Below, in pieces: positions 12,791 to 22,796 of a stretch of DNA of 64,000 nt (its first letter is position 1; each line of letters begins with the position of its first letter). The notes beneath the pieces were generated by a model. It worked only from the letters and a program-made list of their open reading frames with translations. It was not told where the DNA came from and ran no database searches. The position numbers and the translations under genes are program-made. This stretch comes from Klebsormidium nitens. Its lineage: Eukaryota > Plantae > Klebsormidiophyceae. The stretch spans positions 62,001 to 126,000 of the forward strand of contig DF237074.1 of the NCBI GenBank assembly GCA_000708835.1, written 5' to 3'.

Positions 12791-15700
12791 ATGGCTCTTC
12801 AGATTTCAGTACAAGGGGTCACCACCAGTTTTTCTGACCTCCCCCCTGATGTGCTCAGAAGGATTCTGGGGGGACTGCCGTGGGCCAGCTTGTGTGCGGC
12901 TGGGGCAACCTGCTGCTCTTGGAGGGAGGTGGCGACGCCTCTGCAGGTGGGGAAGACTAAAACTAAGTCCCTTGTCAGAATCAGCTCGGTTGATCAGAAC
13001 AATTTGAATGCTCTCCAATGGATACTGTTGAAGCGGCACTTTCAAGTGTGGACTGCCACCATGTTTTCTCAATACAGAAAAATGGATGGTTTTGGTGGTG
13101 GTGTTGTTGTTTGGCATGCATGGGTTTGAAAGGCGCTTTGATGGGACAGGTGCCTGCGCAGCATTTCCTTTTATCTTCTTACAAAGCCTTGAGTTGGTGG
13201 TTTGAAGTCGCTCCGCGTTGCCCCATCTTGGAGCACAGATGATTGCGTTCTTGGCTTGAAGGGAGCATATTGCAAGAACCAAGTTCCTGAGGTGCTCCAC
13301 CGTCATTGGTCGCCGTTGCTGGAAAATAGTTGCTCGCAGCCATCGTTCAAGTTTTGCTCACGCATTTAAGCTAATGAAGCAGGCTCAAAGAACCTTGTTG
13401 CTTGCTGTCAGGGCCTTTCTTCCGCAGATTCCAAGAGCATCAGCCACACTTTTAGCAAGCACGGCTAGGAACGACAGACGCCCCAGACAGACAAGCTAAG
13501 CGCGTCTTCCGCTTCTACAGGAGGCGATGCACCTAGTGCACTGGGGCAAGAAGTACAAGCATGGGACGCACGGCGAGGCTCGCAACCCCCGCAAAGCCCT
13601 GGACTGCTTCCTGGGGGGCGCAGAAAAGGGTTGCGCTGCGGCCATGGTCGATGGGGGCCTAATGCTTTGGGAGCGGGGGGACAAAGCGGAGGCGGTCAGG
13701 TGGTATAAGCAAGCGGCGGAGATGGGGGATAGGGTGGGGCAGACCAATCTAGCAATTGCGCTCCAATCAGGTGAGGGGAGAAGCTTCGGGCCAGGTTGTG
13801 CGGTGTGCTTTGGGTGGGGGTGGGGACCGCGATCGGTTGGGATAGAAAGGAACTGAGCTTGTGATAAAAGACACTTTGTTTTGTTTTTTATGCTGATGTG
13901 CACATCTTGGCCCCGCTGAACATGAGGCCTCGCATATGCACAAAGCTTTTGCCTGGTCGCTTTGAAGCGAGCTCGGTGAAAGGAGACCAGTACGAAAGGC
14001 TCAATTTCTCCGCAGGCACAAAACATGGCTCCCAGGGAGCGGAAACGAGGCATGTCTTTTCTGCATTCTTGGTCAGAGACGAAGTGTCTCGTTCAATACA
14101 GCAAGATAGAAAGCTGGGATGGATCGAGAACAGATTACACCACACCTTACCATCACACGAACTGTTACCTAATTCATCGTCCAAGGTAGTCGCTGTAATT
14201 TTAAGCGGCCGTCTAAAAGTCCCATGCTCGCTGGCTGATTCTTTATCCAGTGCCCAAACGCCTCATTCAAAGTGGGGACCGCAGCTCGTTCGCACACGCT
14301 GTTTCCTCGACCCGTAATGGATTGAGAGTGCAGCCTCGATATTGTCAGTTTCCGACCTTTTCACATCGTATGCAGGGGAGGGGACAGAAAGGCAGCCCCG
14401 CGAGGCCATCCGGTGGTTCAAGCTCGCTGCAGACGGGGGCAATGACAGGGCGCAGTACAGCCTGGCACTGTCTTACCAGAAGGGGATTGGGGTCGAACAG
14501 GACGCGGGCAGAGCGGTGAGCAAAGAGTGGTTTGCACAGGAGCCTCTCGTGGTTGGTTCATCTCGAGAGCAGCATAATCTCGCAAATGACATTCCAATTG
14601 ATCGGCACCGCTTTCGTTTTTTGTCGTGTCGTTTTGCGAATTTACACGATTCGACGTGCAAAGCTTCTTTTTTCATCGAGTCTCCCAGGGCGATGTCAAA
14701 CTCATGATGTTCAAGACTCCTGGCTTCGTTAAGTATGGGCTCCTTCTGCAATCTTTCCGCTATGGCTCAATGGTTGATGAAGGTGAGATAATCCAAAGAC
14801 AGGCCATGGGGTGCCCTCCTTCCACCAAGACAAACCTTGATCCACCTCACTTTTCCTCGCCTTCATATACTTTGTCTTGTACGTAAGATCGGAGGCGACA
14901 TCCCCTTGTCGTCACCCAAGTCGGAAGCGAGCCTCGGTTTCCGTCTCAGGCGTACTGGGAATTCACCTCTTTTTCTCCCCTTTCATATATTTTTCCCCTG
15001 TCGTGTACTTGACATTCAGTAGAAAACTCCCTTGTCGTCAAATCGAGCCTTGGGCTTCGTCGCAGGCATACTGGTACAATCGTGCGGCGCGACTCGAGAA
15101 CAGGCGGGCAATGTACAATCTGGCACTGTGTTACCAGGACGGGGTGGGGGTGCGCAAGGACCGCGCTCTCAGCCGCAGCTGGATGAGGCGGGCCGCGGCG
15201 GCCGGGCACGCGCGAGCGCAACTAGAGCGGGCGAGACTCGCAGAGGAGGTAAGGACTCAAGAGTACAACGTGTCATTTTCTGTTGCACCTACTGTTGACG
15301 GAGCCCGGCTCTGTTGAATCTCGACAATCGTTGGAGTCGTACTGTAGGTGGTGCGGCGCGCTCTGCTGGTCTCATCAATCAGGCGTTTCTGAGTGTCAAG
15401 ATTGTGGAGTTCGATTGTTTTCTGCTGACTCTTGTTTCGAAGAAGGGTTGTTCTGATCGGTTGATGAGGCTTTTGAGCTTCTGGCAAGGAACAATGTACT
15501 AACATGCTGTGTCAGACTCGCTGTCGTGCACTTTGCTGCCATGGAGGGTGACCTCATCGCTCAAGAGTAGACCCCAAAAACTTTGCTGAAGGCGGCTTTG
15601 ACACTCGTCGTATGCATTCTTTGGTATGAAGGATCTACGCCCCTTCTTCCTCCAACAGTTCCGCCATTCCTTTGCAGGAGGGAAACACAACGGAAGCTTT

Positions 15701-15866
15701 AGTGTACTGTAACCTGGCAATGGAAGGGGGCAGCAGAGAAGCGGAGGCATCTCTGGTGTCCCTGACTTCGCACTTGTCTGATCGTCAATTGTTGGTCGCG
15801 GCTCAAAGAGCGGAAGCGTGGCAGCCCGCTGGTCGGCGTAAGAGACAACGGTGTTCCCGAGCTTGA
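12791..15866 (+). CDS. F-box protein with Sel1-like (SLR) repeats, 5 exons, about 305 aa
   Basis: Exons 12791-12946, 13521-13770, 14376-14515, 15066-15248, 15678-15866. F-box FSDLPPDVLRRIL...WREV. SLR repeats AVRWYKQAAEMGD...Q.NL, AIRWFKLAADGGNDRAQYSLALSYQKGIGV, AYWYNRAARLENRRAMYNLALCYQDGVGV. Confidence 0.88.
14903..15074 (+). repeat. Diverged tandem duplication of the intron-3 acceptor and exon-4 start of the F-box/SLR gene (AG-to-AG 116 bp)
   Basis: cccttgtcgtca at 14903 and 15029; cgagcct at 14928 and 15044; ctcag|gcgtactgg (AG 14948-14949) versus cgcag|gcatactgg (AG 15064-15065). Confidence 0.85.
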
Positions 15867-16558
15867 CATGTGCGTAGTCAGCAGAACCACGGCGGCAACC
15901 TACGGTCGTCAACCTTCGACCTCGGCTTCTCACAGCGGAAGAAGCTGACGCTCGAGCTTCTGAGGGAAAATGGCACGCAGATGTACCAAAAAGCCTGAGT
16001 CGCGCAGGAACTCAGAGATTAAATCTAAGTAGGGTGCAACGGAAGCTTTGTATGTCGTCAAAATTGGGTAGGCCGGGCCGCGGACTTCGTGTACAAATAT
16101 ATTCCAATTATTATGGAGTGGACATGATGAGTGACATGCCAGCCTCACGCGCACCATGCTAGCTGGGCAGCATCATTGTGTTGTAGCATAATTTAGTAGG
16201 CGGTAATTCGACTATAGGCGGCGAAGGTCAGTGTGTCCACTTGCATGCGTGCGCCAAATCATGTGAGTAAATGCATGTGGCCGTTTAAGCCATGGTGACT
16301 ACTGCACTGCGCTGCACATGCGCTTTCGAGTTTGAAACGTCGATCGAGCGCACATGTTCAGCGCATTGATACATGAAAGCTATCGGTTTAAGGGTCCAAT
16401 GCCCACATACTGCGCGTCGCAGCTGCAGCCTGCGTCAATCTGTATGCAAGGGCCTTAATTTTGCAATGAACACTCTTAAAGATCCAGGCGCGCAAGACTT
16501 TAGTAAGTGAAAATTCGTTGACGAGTATTTCAGTGTCGTACTCAATCAAAAGTAACCT

Positions 16559-19500
16559 CTAACCAGCCCCCGCCGTGTCCATTGCGTTGGGCTCTGAGGC
16601 AGCGTCGGAGAAGGCGACCTGGACTCTCAGAACCCCGGCCAACTTTTTGTCGTTCACATTCACAGTGCCGCCCTTCTCGCCCAGCAGTTCAACAAGAGAC
16701 TTGCTAAGATTTTCCCGCGTCATTTCTTCTAGAATTGGAGGTGCGGCCATGTACAGGTTCTCTCCCAAGTGCGAAACGCTGGGCTTGGACAGCTTGCCAC
16801 TGAAACGGTCGTCCGCAATAAGCTGCTTCATGAACTGCAGACAACGAAGCGAAGCTGTTTTGGAACGTTGGCGACTTGGACTGAAACGAAGAGAGTAGAG
16901 AACTGTTGCTTCAAGCAAGAAATCACGCTCGAGCGACCGTTCCCAAGTGCCCAAAGCAGCGGTGGTAAGACATGAGGACATCGCAGACAGAGTCACCACG
17001 TTACGACCATGCTCTACTTTTCCGGTAAGTCGAGAAAATCAGCAACAGCATCGAACATCTTTGCCGAAGGTTGCGAACTCGTGCAGTCTCGCAGAACCAT
17101 TCCAAATGATGTGAGTTCGCATTAGGGCGCACGGTGTGGAGGGCTGACCTGATCAAGGGTCGAATCTGCATCGGCATGAACAGGCACCCCAAGGCTGCAG
17201 ACGATGCACGACATGTCCTTTTCGTACGAAACTGTGTGTGTATAAACGCCCTGCGTGCCCACGTACCTGTGTGGCAAACGGAACAGTAAGTCAGTGAACA
17301 CATCAGACAACATAACTGCGAAATCTACCGAAGCAACAACAGGACCACCGAAGCTCGCTCGAAACTTCACTCGCCGACGAGGATTCGACAAATCAAAGCT
17401 CTGCCCACCCTCTGTACCTGCTCCTCGCAAGCTTGTAGAACGTTGGGAGGCGCTGCCGTTCATTGCAGCTTTTAGACGGCAGCTGATGAACAAAATACTT
17501 CCCTGCCTCAAACCGCGAATTGATACAGAAAGAGGGGCGCAGAGGCAAAAGATCCTCACGATAACAGTCGTCCATTTGTTGAGAAGCTGCTCACATCATG
17601 TAGTTGTCCATCCCGGAGCTGCACATGGTCGCGATCTTGAGCGCCTCCAAGGAACACGATGCCGCTATGATGGCGTTCGTGGACGCGATGGCGGGGATGA
17701 TGTTCTTGACGACCCCTTGCGTCAGCGAGTAGGTGACGCCCGAGATGTTGAATTGCTCTGCACGCTTCAAAGCCTGCACAAAAACGAACGGCTCAAATTA
17801 TGCATCTCACTTGGAAACGTCGTCAAAGAATGCAACGAGAGCGCTCGGAAGATGATTGAAGCGAACCTAACGAGAAACATTAGAAGGAATCTCAGGGATA
17901 CCTTTTTTGAGACTGACTGCCAGGCATAACTTGGACACTGCTCGTGCTGATTTATCAAAAAGTTTCTCAAACAAGATTATAATATGTTGCCTCTCTGTGA
18001 CCGTTTGACCAATAATGGCAGAACTTACAACAAACAGCTCAATTCGTGAGACATTAAGGTGGATTTCGTACCTGCTCGTACATCCACTTCATGTGCTCCG
18101 GATTATCAGCGTCAAACGTCTCGCTCGTTCGTTCCTGCCAAACGAAGCAGGATACGATATGTAAGCGACAATCTGATCACTCTAATTAAATCAAGCACAT
18201 CGAACTGTCGGCTGTGTAGGTGACATGACGAGTTTGTTCAAAAAAAGGAATGGGACGACGGAGAGCATCTTTTTTCCAGGTCAAAGACCCACTCGCAACA
18301 GAAAACGACCGATGACAGAGCGCAGCTCTTCCCCAATCAAAGGTGCACTGGCAACAGAAACACCCTAGTAGGTAACCACGGTCTCTCACCTGTCCCCACT
18401 GGATGAGATGTGCATATTCGATGCAGTGAGCAGGAGACCGCGGGGTTTCGGCCAGGGTGCAGAGGGGAAAGGTGGTCTGGGGCGGGAAGAGCCAGAGGGT
18501 ACAGTGGAAGCATGGCGTCACTCCAGGCAGGATCACACGAGCGTGACCTTTGAAGCCTTCTGTGCCTCCGTCCACCATCGGCTTGATGGTGCTCATGTCA
18601 AGCGTCCCATCAGCATCATATTCTGCAGCGATGTGGTTGGTCTCAAGAGTCTTGTTGCATTCTGGCGCAGGTAAGTCTCACACAGTGAGGCCAGTACATC
18701 CTAAGCCTGTCATTTACATACCACAGCCTTCTTGTCAAACTGAAAGCAGTACAGAAGTCTCAGCCAGCAGAAGCTGAGATCTGCGCCTTGCTATCCATAC
18801 GTTTGCTCCAACATTTGTTTCAGGTTAATACACAAATAAGGAGTCCAACGAAGGTAATCTTCCTCACCGAGGAAACTGCAGACGACAGAGTTGATGTAGC
18901 TTCTTGCCTCCAGCGAATCCAAGCCTAGAACAATGATGTGGAAGTCCTTATAGAACTCGTCTGGCTTCTCTTCGATCCGACAGTGATGAGGAATTACAGT
19001 TACCCCTTTCACTCTCTTCATCACCCGCTCCGCAGCTACAGTGGCTTTTGGCTTTCCAACATCATGCATCCTGCAGGCATTAAAGGAAGGCGTCCAAACC
19101 AAATGGAGTTGCCTAATGCATCCACTTGGGCAGTAAGCACCTGAAGTAAGCCTACAGATGAGACTTTCCTTCTGCTTCATTCCAACAAGGTTTGTCATGC
19201 ATCCTCAACAGTGGAATTGTAGCTTGAAAGTATTAAGATACATCATCTCCTCAAGTTACAAATGAAACAGAGAATAAAGAACCTTTCATAGATAAAAAAG
19301 GAGCAAAACGTTTTTTCCAGACCATCAATCGTCTTCAACCACATAATTTTCTGTGTGGTGTTGGCATGGTCACCCAACTCTATTTCCTAGACGAGCCCGT
19401 CACGATGTGGCATAAAAGCTTCCTTAACGTGTATAACCAAACTTATCAGTATCTTACCTGAAGAGGAATTGCCGATTGAGGTTTGAAACATCAATTGTAT

Positions 19501-19965
19501 CCATGTCAATCACGTCAATATGCCCAAACCCAGAGAGGGCCAGATCCTTCAGCAGCTCACAACCTAGTCCCCCGGCGCCGATGACGAGGACTTTAAAATC
19601 ATCTTGGAGGAAATCACGAATCTGCAGTTGATGGAAAAGGTGGTGGTACTTTTGGAATACATACTCAACCAGATACATGCTTGGCAGAATGAACAAGACC
19701 AAAATTCTGCAGAAGAATGTAATCAAAGGAAGCAATTGGTCAAGCCACTGCCTCTTTCTGGTGAGACAACGAAGCAACACAAATGATCGCAACAACTTGC
19801 AGGATTGATGTTCTGTTCAAGCAGCCAGTGGAATAAAAGTTGCAGTCCGAGAAGTACCTCTGGTGCTGGCTCAAAGCCAGGCCCAACAATGTTCCCTTGC
19901 CGTAAAAGCAAGTAATCCAGATCGCGCCACCTGCCCTCCATGTTGCCAGTGTCCATTGCGCCCAT
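16559..19965 (-). CDS. UBA3: NEDD8/RUB-activating enzyme E1 catalytic subunit (UBA3/ECR1), 8 exons, about 447 aa
   Basis: Exons 19965-19858, 19621-19458, 19070-18868, 18622-18390, 18134-18072, 17773-17595, 17266-17149, 16834-16559. Motifs: [55 protein letters not shown], catalytic-Cys region [39 protein letters not shown]. Confidence 0.96.
17255..17421 (-). repeat. Probable decayed copy of the UBA3 exon-7 acceptor junction inside intron 6 (period about 151 bp)
   Basis: Plus strand tgcccac-gtacctg at 17256-17269 versus tgcccac(cctct)gtacctg at 17402-17420. The copy keeps CAG|GTAC on the sense strand. Confidence 0.5.
19054..19205 (-). repeat. Decayed copy of the UBA3 exon-3 acceptor junction inside intron 2 (period about 133 bp)
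   Basis: Plus strand ttccaaca-tcatgcatcct at 19054-19072 versus ttccaaca(aggtttg)tcatgcatcct at about 19180-19205. Confidence 0.6.
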
Positions 19966-20089
19966 TCTCTCAGAACCAGATTGGATGAGTAAACATGAGA
20001 CGAAATCAAACCTCTTCCAAGCAAACCTTTTCAGATTTCAATCTGCACAACGTCCTAAACAGTAAACTTGGATGCATTTGAACTTCAAC

Positions 20090-20120
20090 AGCCTGCACAA
20101 AGCCTGCACAGAGCCTGCAC
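20090..20120. repeat. Three tandem 11-bp units (AGCCTGCAC core) upstream of the UBA3 start
   Basis: agcctgcac at 20090, 20101 and 20112. Confidence 0.85.
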
Positions 20121-20499
20121 TGAGTTAAGTACGACGAAGTAGACTCCTTTTGTTAGTGTCTCAGGCTCCAAAAAAGTGTGAAAACATCTTACACGCGGGA
20201 TCATAGGTTCACAGGGTATCCGCGTGGACCGTACTGTCAGATCAGGTCCTTCGAACAAAAATGCGTCAGAATGTCAGGTTTTACCGTACACATTGCGGTA
20301 CAGATTCTAGTAAAGATGGAACCGGGTCAGGATAAATGGCTTACAACACCAAAACAAAATTACTCTGCCCGGTTGTTACTGTCAGTGAGTAACCCTAATG
20401 TCACTCGGAAATGGCGTAACCCTAACAAAGCGCTCGTCGGCTGGCGTGAACCGTCACAGGTTTGCAACGTAACCCGAATGTCATAGTAAGTGCCCCGGG

Positions 20500-20557
20500 G
20501 TCAATGTCAATGTCGATGTCAATGTCAATGTCGATGTCGATGTCAATGTCGATGTCA
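20500..20557. repeat. Hexamer microsatellite (TGTCRA)n, about 9.5 units
   Basis: gtcaatgtcaatgtcgatgtcaatgtcaatgtcgatgtcgatgtcaatgtcgatgtcag; the flanks carry several gtaacc(c) and tgtca motifs. Confidence 0.95.
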
Positions 20558-21089
20558 GTCTCATTGTCAACGTTGTAACCACTCCCGTAACCACCGACAA
20601 CTTGCAATAATTGTCACACTTCAGGTGCTTCCAGGTGGGTTGATCAAGAGTATTTCACACCTATTAGAGGGGCGGAGACACTAACAAAAGGAGTCTACTT
20701 TGATAGTTATGCTGCACTGAGGCTACTACTACTAGTAGTAGTACTGTAGATTCATATGCAACTTCAACCTTCAAAGCAGCATGACTTGTATGTTAACCGC
20801 TGTATTAACGAAAGGGTTAAGAGGGATGGGGTTTATCGACCGAGCCGAACCCGCAACCAGCTACAGTTCTGTTTATATTAAGTTTCTGCCAACGCATTAA
20901 CAGTATTCCGTTAGAATGCAAACCCACACCCCTTGTCCAAGGTTAAACTCTAATAACTAGGTAGACTCTGTTTGTGCATGGAGCTTGGCGCAGCTCAAGC
21001 TGTCCAGCACATCAAAAAGGCCGCCTATCCTAGAAATTTTGCTATTAATTTTGATCAGTCTGGTGTGTGCAATGCTGCCAATTGCCTAG

Positions 21090-22796
21090 ATGACCGCCAT
21101 AAGCCCCTCCTCAGCTGGGTGCTCCGGTGAAGGTGATGGTGATGTTCCTGGAAGAGAGCACGGCGGCTCTGTACCGCTCGCTCTAAGCCAGAGCTGGCTG
21201 TTGGAGCTGGTCTTGGAGAAAGTTCCAAAGACGAAGGACAGGAACTCGTGTTCTCTGGTCTGCAAAGATTTCAAGGACGCAGAGCGCCAGACTCGCAAGC
21301 ATGTACGCCTGCGATGCCTTCGGAAGGAGGTCAAGCTGATGCCTTCCTGCTTCCAAGCTGTCACAGATTTGGATCTTTCCAGCGTGTTCCCCCAGTTTGT
21401 TACGAAGTTCTCGTACCCAATTACTCAATTGAAGAACCTTGGAAGGTGTTTTCCAAATGTGCGGAGCCTCACGTTCTTTTGCGATGGATGCCAAGCTTGG
21501 TTGAAGAAGAACAGGCTTCCATTTGAGGGCACCTGGCCAATGCTGGAGACGGTGACGGTCCTCCAGCCTGGGTACCATCAATCGTATCCCTCTTACAAAG
21601 AATCTTCAGGTGGGAGGATAACTTACGGGCCACTTAGACTGAAGTTGCGCACAGGCTCCAGTGATGTCGAGCACTCTCAACGGGGTGGCATAGCTTTAAA
21701 GGAAGTACATTTCCACGTCGCTGGACAGTCAGAGTTGGAAGCACTGGCAGAGGATGATGTAGCCAACCTTGACACGTTGAGCTTCCATATGCAGAGAGCA
21801 GCTCTTCCTCCTCCTGACCTTTCAATTCTATCTTCTGCGAGGTTTCCCTTGCTTGAGAACGTCAGTGTCTCTGTCAATGTCTACAGAGGGACACAACACG
21901 TAGCCACAGATGACACCTTGAAAGAGTTTCTAGTTGCTTTGCCGCACTGTACACGGAGCCTCTGCGTCAATGGTCCTTCAGGTCCTGAGCTGACTATGAT
22001 CCCATTACCTTCAGAACTCGCAGGAAGCTTGCGCATCCTGCGCCTCAAATTGCAAAGGTCTCCTTGGCTTGTTGACACTCTTGTTGACCTTTCCCCAATC
22101 CTCGAGTGTACTTCGCTTGAAGTTCTTGAGTTGGCAAACCCGTCTGTGCTTACCGTCAGCACACATCTGGACGTTCTTGTGGCCATTCTTGAGAAGTGCA
22201 GAGCCCTCAGAAGCTTGAAACTTGATCTTTGGGATAAAGCTTTTAGTCAGACCCCTGAAGAGCTGTGTCTAGTCCTCAATCGCATTGCGCTAGCAAGTTC
22301 TGAGACGCTTACAGAGGTCGGCATCTCCACATTGTCTTGGTCAAAGGCAGGAGATATATTTGCTTCATTCAATCCATTCAGAAGCCAGGTAGCAAGCCTT
22401 GGTTGCAGAATCAGGACGCCAACCGGTCAAAGCTTGGAGACGGTTGGATGGCCTCTCCTGATCCACTTGGACCTTGAGTTGGTAGGAGTCCACGGGGCTC
22501 TCTCCATCGAGTGCCCCAATCTTCACACCCTGAGGTTGCGAATGGCACCTACGGAATTGAACCTTGTCGGGGAACATACAAAGCTCGCCTCAGCAGTGCT
22601 CCACTTCTCCAACACGCACAGCAATCGGGACATGCCTGATTCTATGCAGATATTCATGGAGCTTCAGAAGCTTAAGTCCTTGACCGAGCTTTCCGTGTTC
22701 AACATGACTCGCAGCGAAGCCTTTTGGAAAGACAAGAAAGGGGCCGAAGCAATGGCAGCTTTGCCATTCCTCGAGAAGCTGCTCATTTCATATTGA
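21090..22796 (+). CDS. F-box/LRR protein resembling MAX2/D3; 568-aa intronless ORF ending at a probably premature TGA (coding-like sequence continues to 22973, then a possible last exon 23231-23299)
   Basis: N-terminus DRNSCSLVCKDFKDAERQTRKHVRLR...LMPSCFQAVTDLDLS...CFPNVRSL...WP and many LxxLxL repeats. The same frame continues after the TGA with another LRR (PLLASPSLTELRV), a GTGAGT donor at 22974 and a cttattgcag acceptor at 23230. MAX2 similarity is judged from remembered sequence, not from a search. Confidence 0.75.
   Translation: MTAISPSSAGCSGEGDGDVPGREHGGSVPLALSQSWLLELVLEKVPKTKDRNSCSLVCKDFKDAERQTRKHVRLRCLRKEVKLMPSCFQAVTDLDLSSVFPQFVTKFSYPITQLKNLGRCFPNVRSLTFFCDGCQAWLKKNRLPFEGTWPMLETVTVLQPGYHQSYPSYKESSGGRITYGPLRLKLRTGSSDVEHSQRGGIALKEVHFHVAGQSELEALAEDDVANLDTLSFHMQRAALPPPDLSILSSARFPLLENVSVSVNVYRGTQHVATDDTLKEFLVALPHCTRSLCVNGPSGPELTMIPLPSELAGSLRILRLKLQRSPWLVDTLVDLSPILECTSLEVLELANPSVLTVSTHLDVLVAILEKCRALRSLKLDLWDKAFSQTPEELCLVLNRIALASSETLTEVGISTLSWSKAGDIFASFNPFRSQVASLGCRIRTPTGQSLETVGWPLLIHLDLELVGVHGALSIECPNLHTLRLRMAPTELNLVGEHTKLASAVLHFSNTHSNRDMPDSMQIFMELQKLKSLTELSVFNMTRSEAFWKDKKGAEAMAALPFLEKLLISY

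Noticed and set aside
16388-16458. TTAA-flanked MITE (Kolobok- or piggyBac-like) suggested by ttaaggg...ccttaa ends
   Set aside because: The inverted repeat is only about 6 bp and no second copy of the internal sequence exists in the window.
22794-22796. Genome-wide stop-codon reassignment (TGA as Trp or Sec) to explain the internal stops
   Set aside because: GMPS ends at its conserved ...VEWE with TGA, UTP23 also ends in TGA, TGG is used for Trp throughout, and the left-edge gene also has an internal TAA. No SECIS-like element was recognised.
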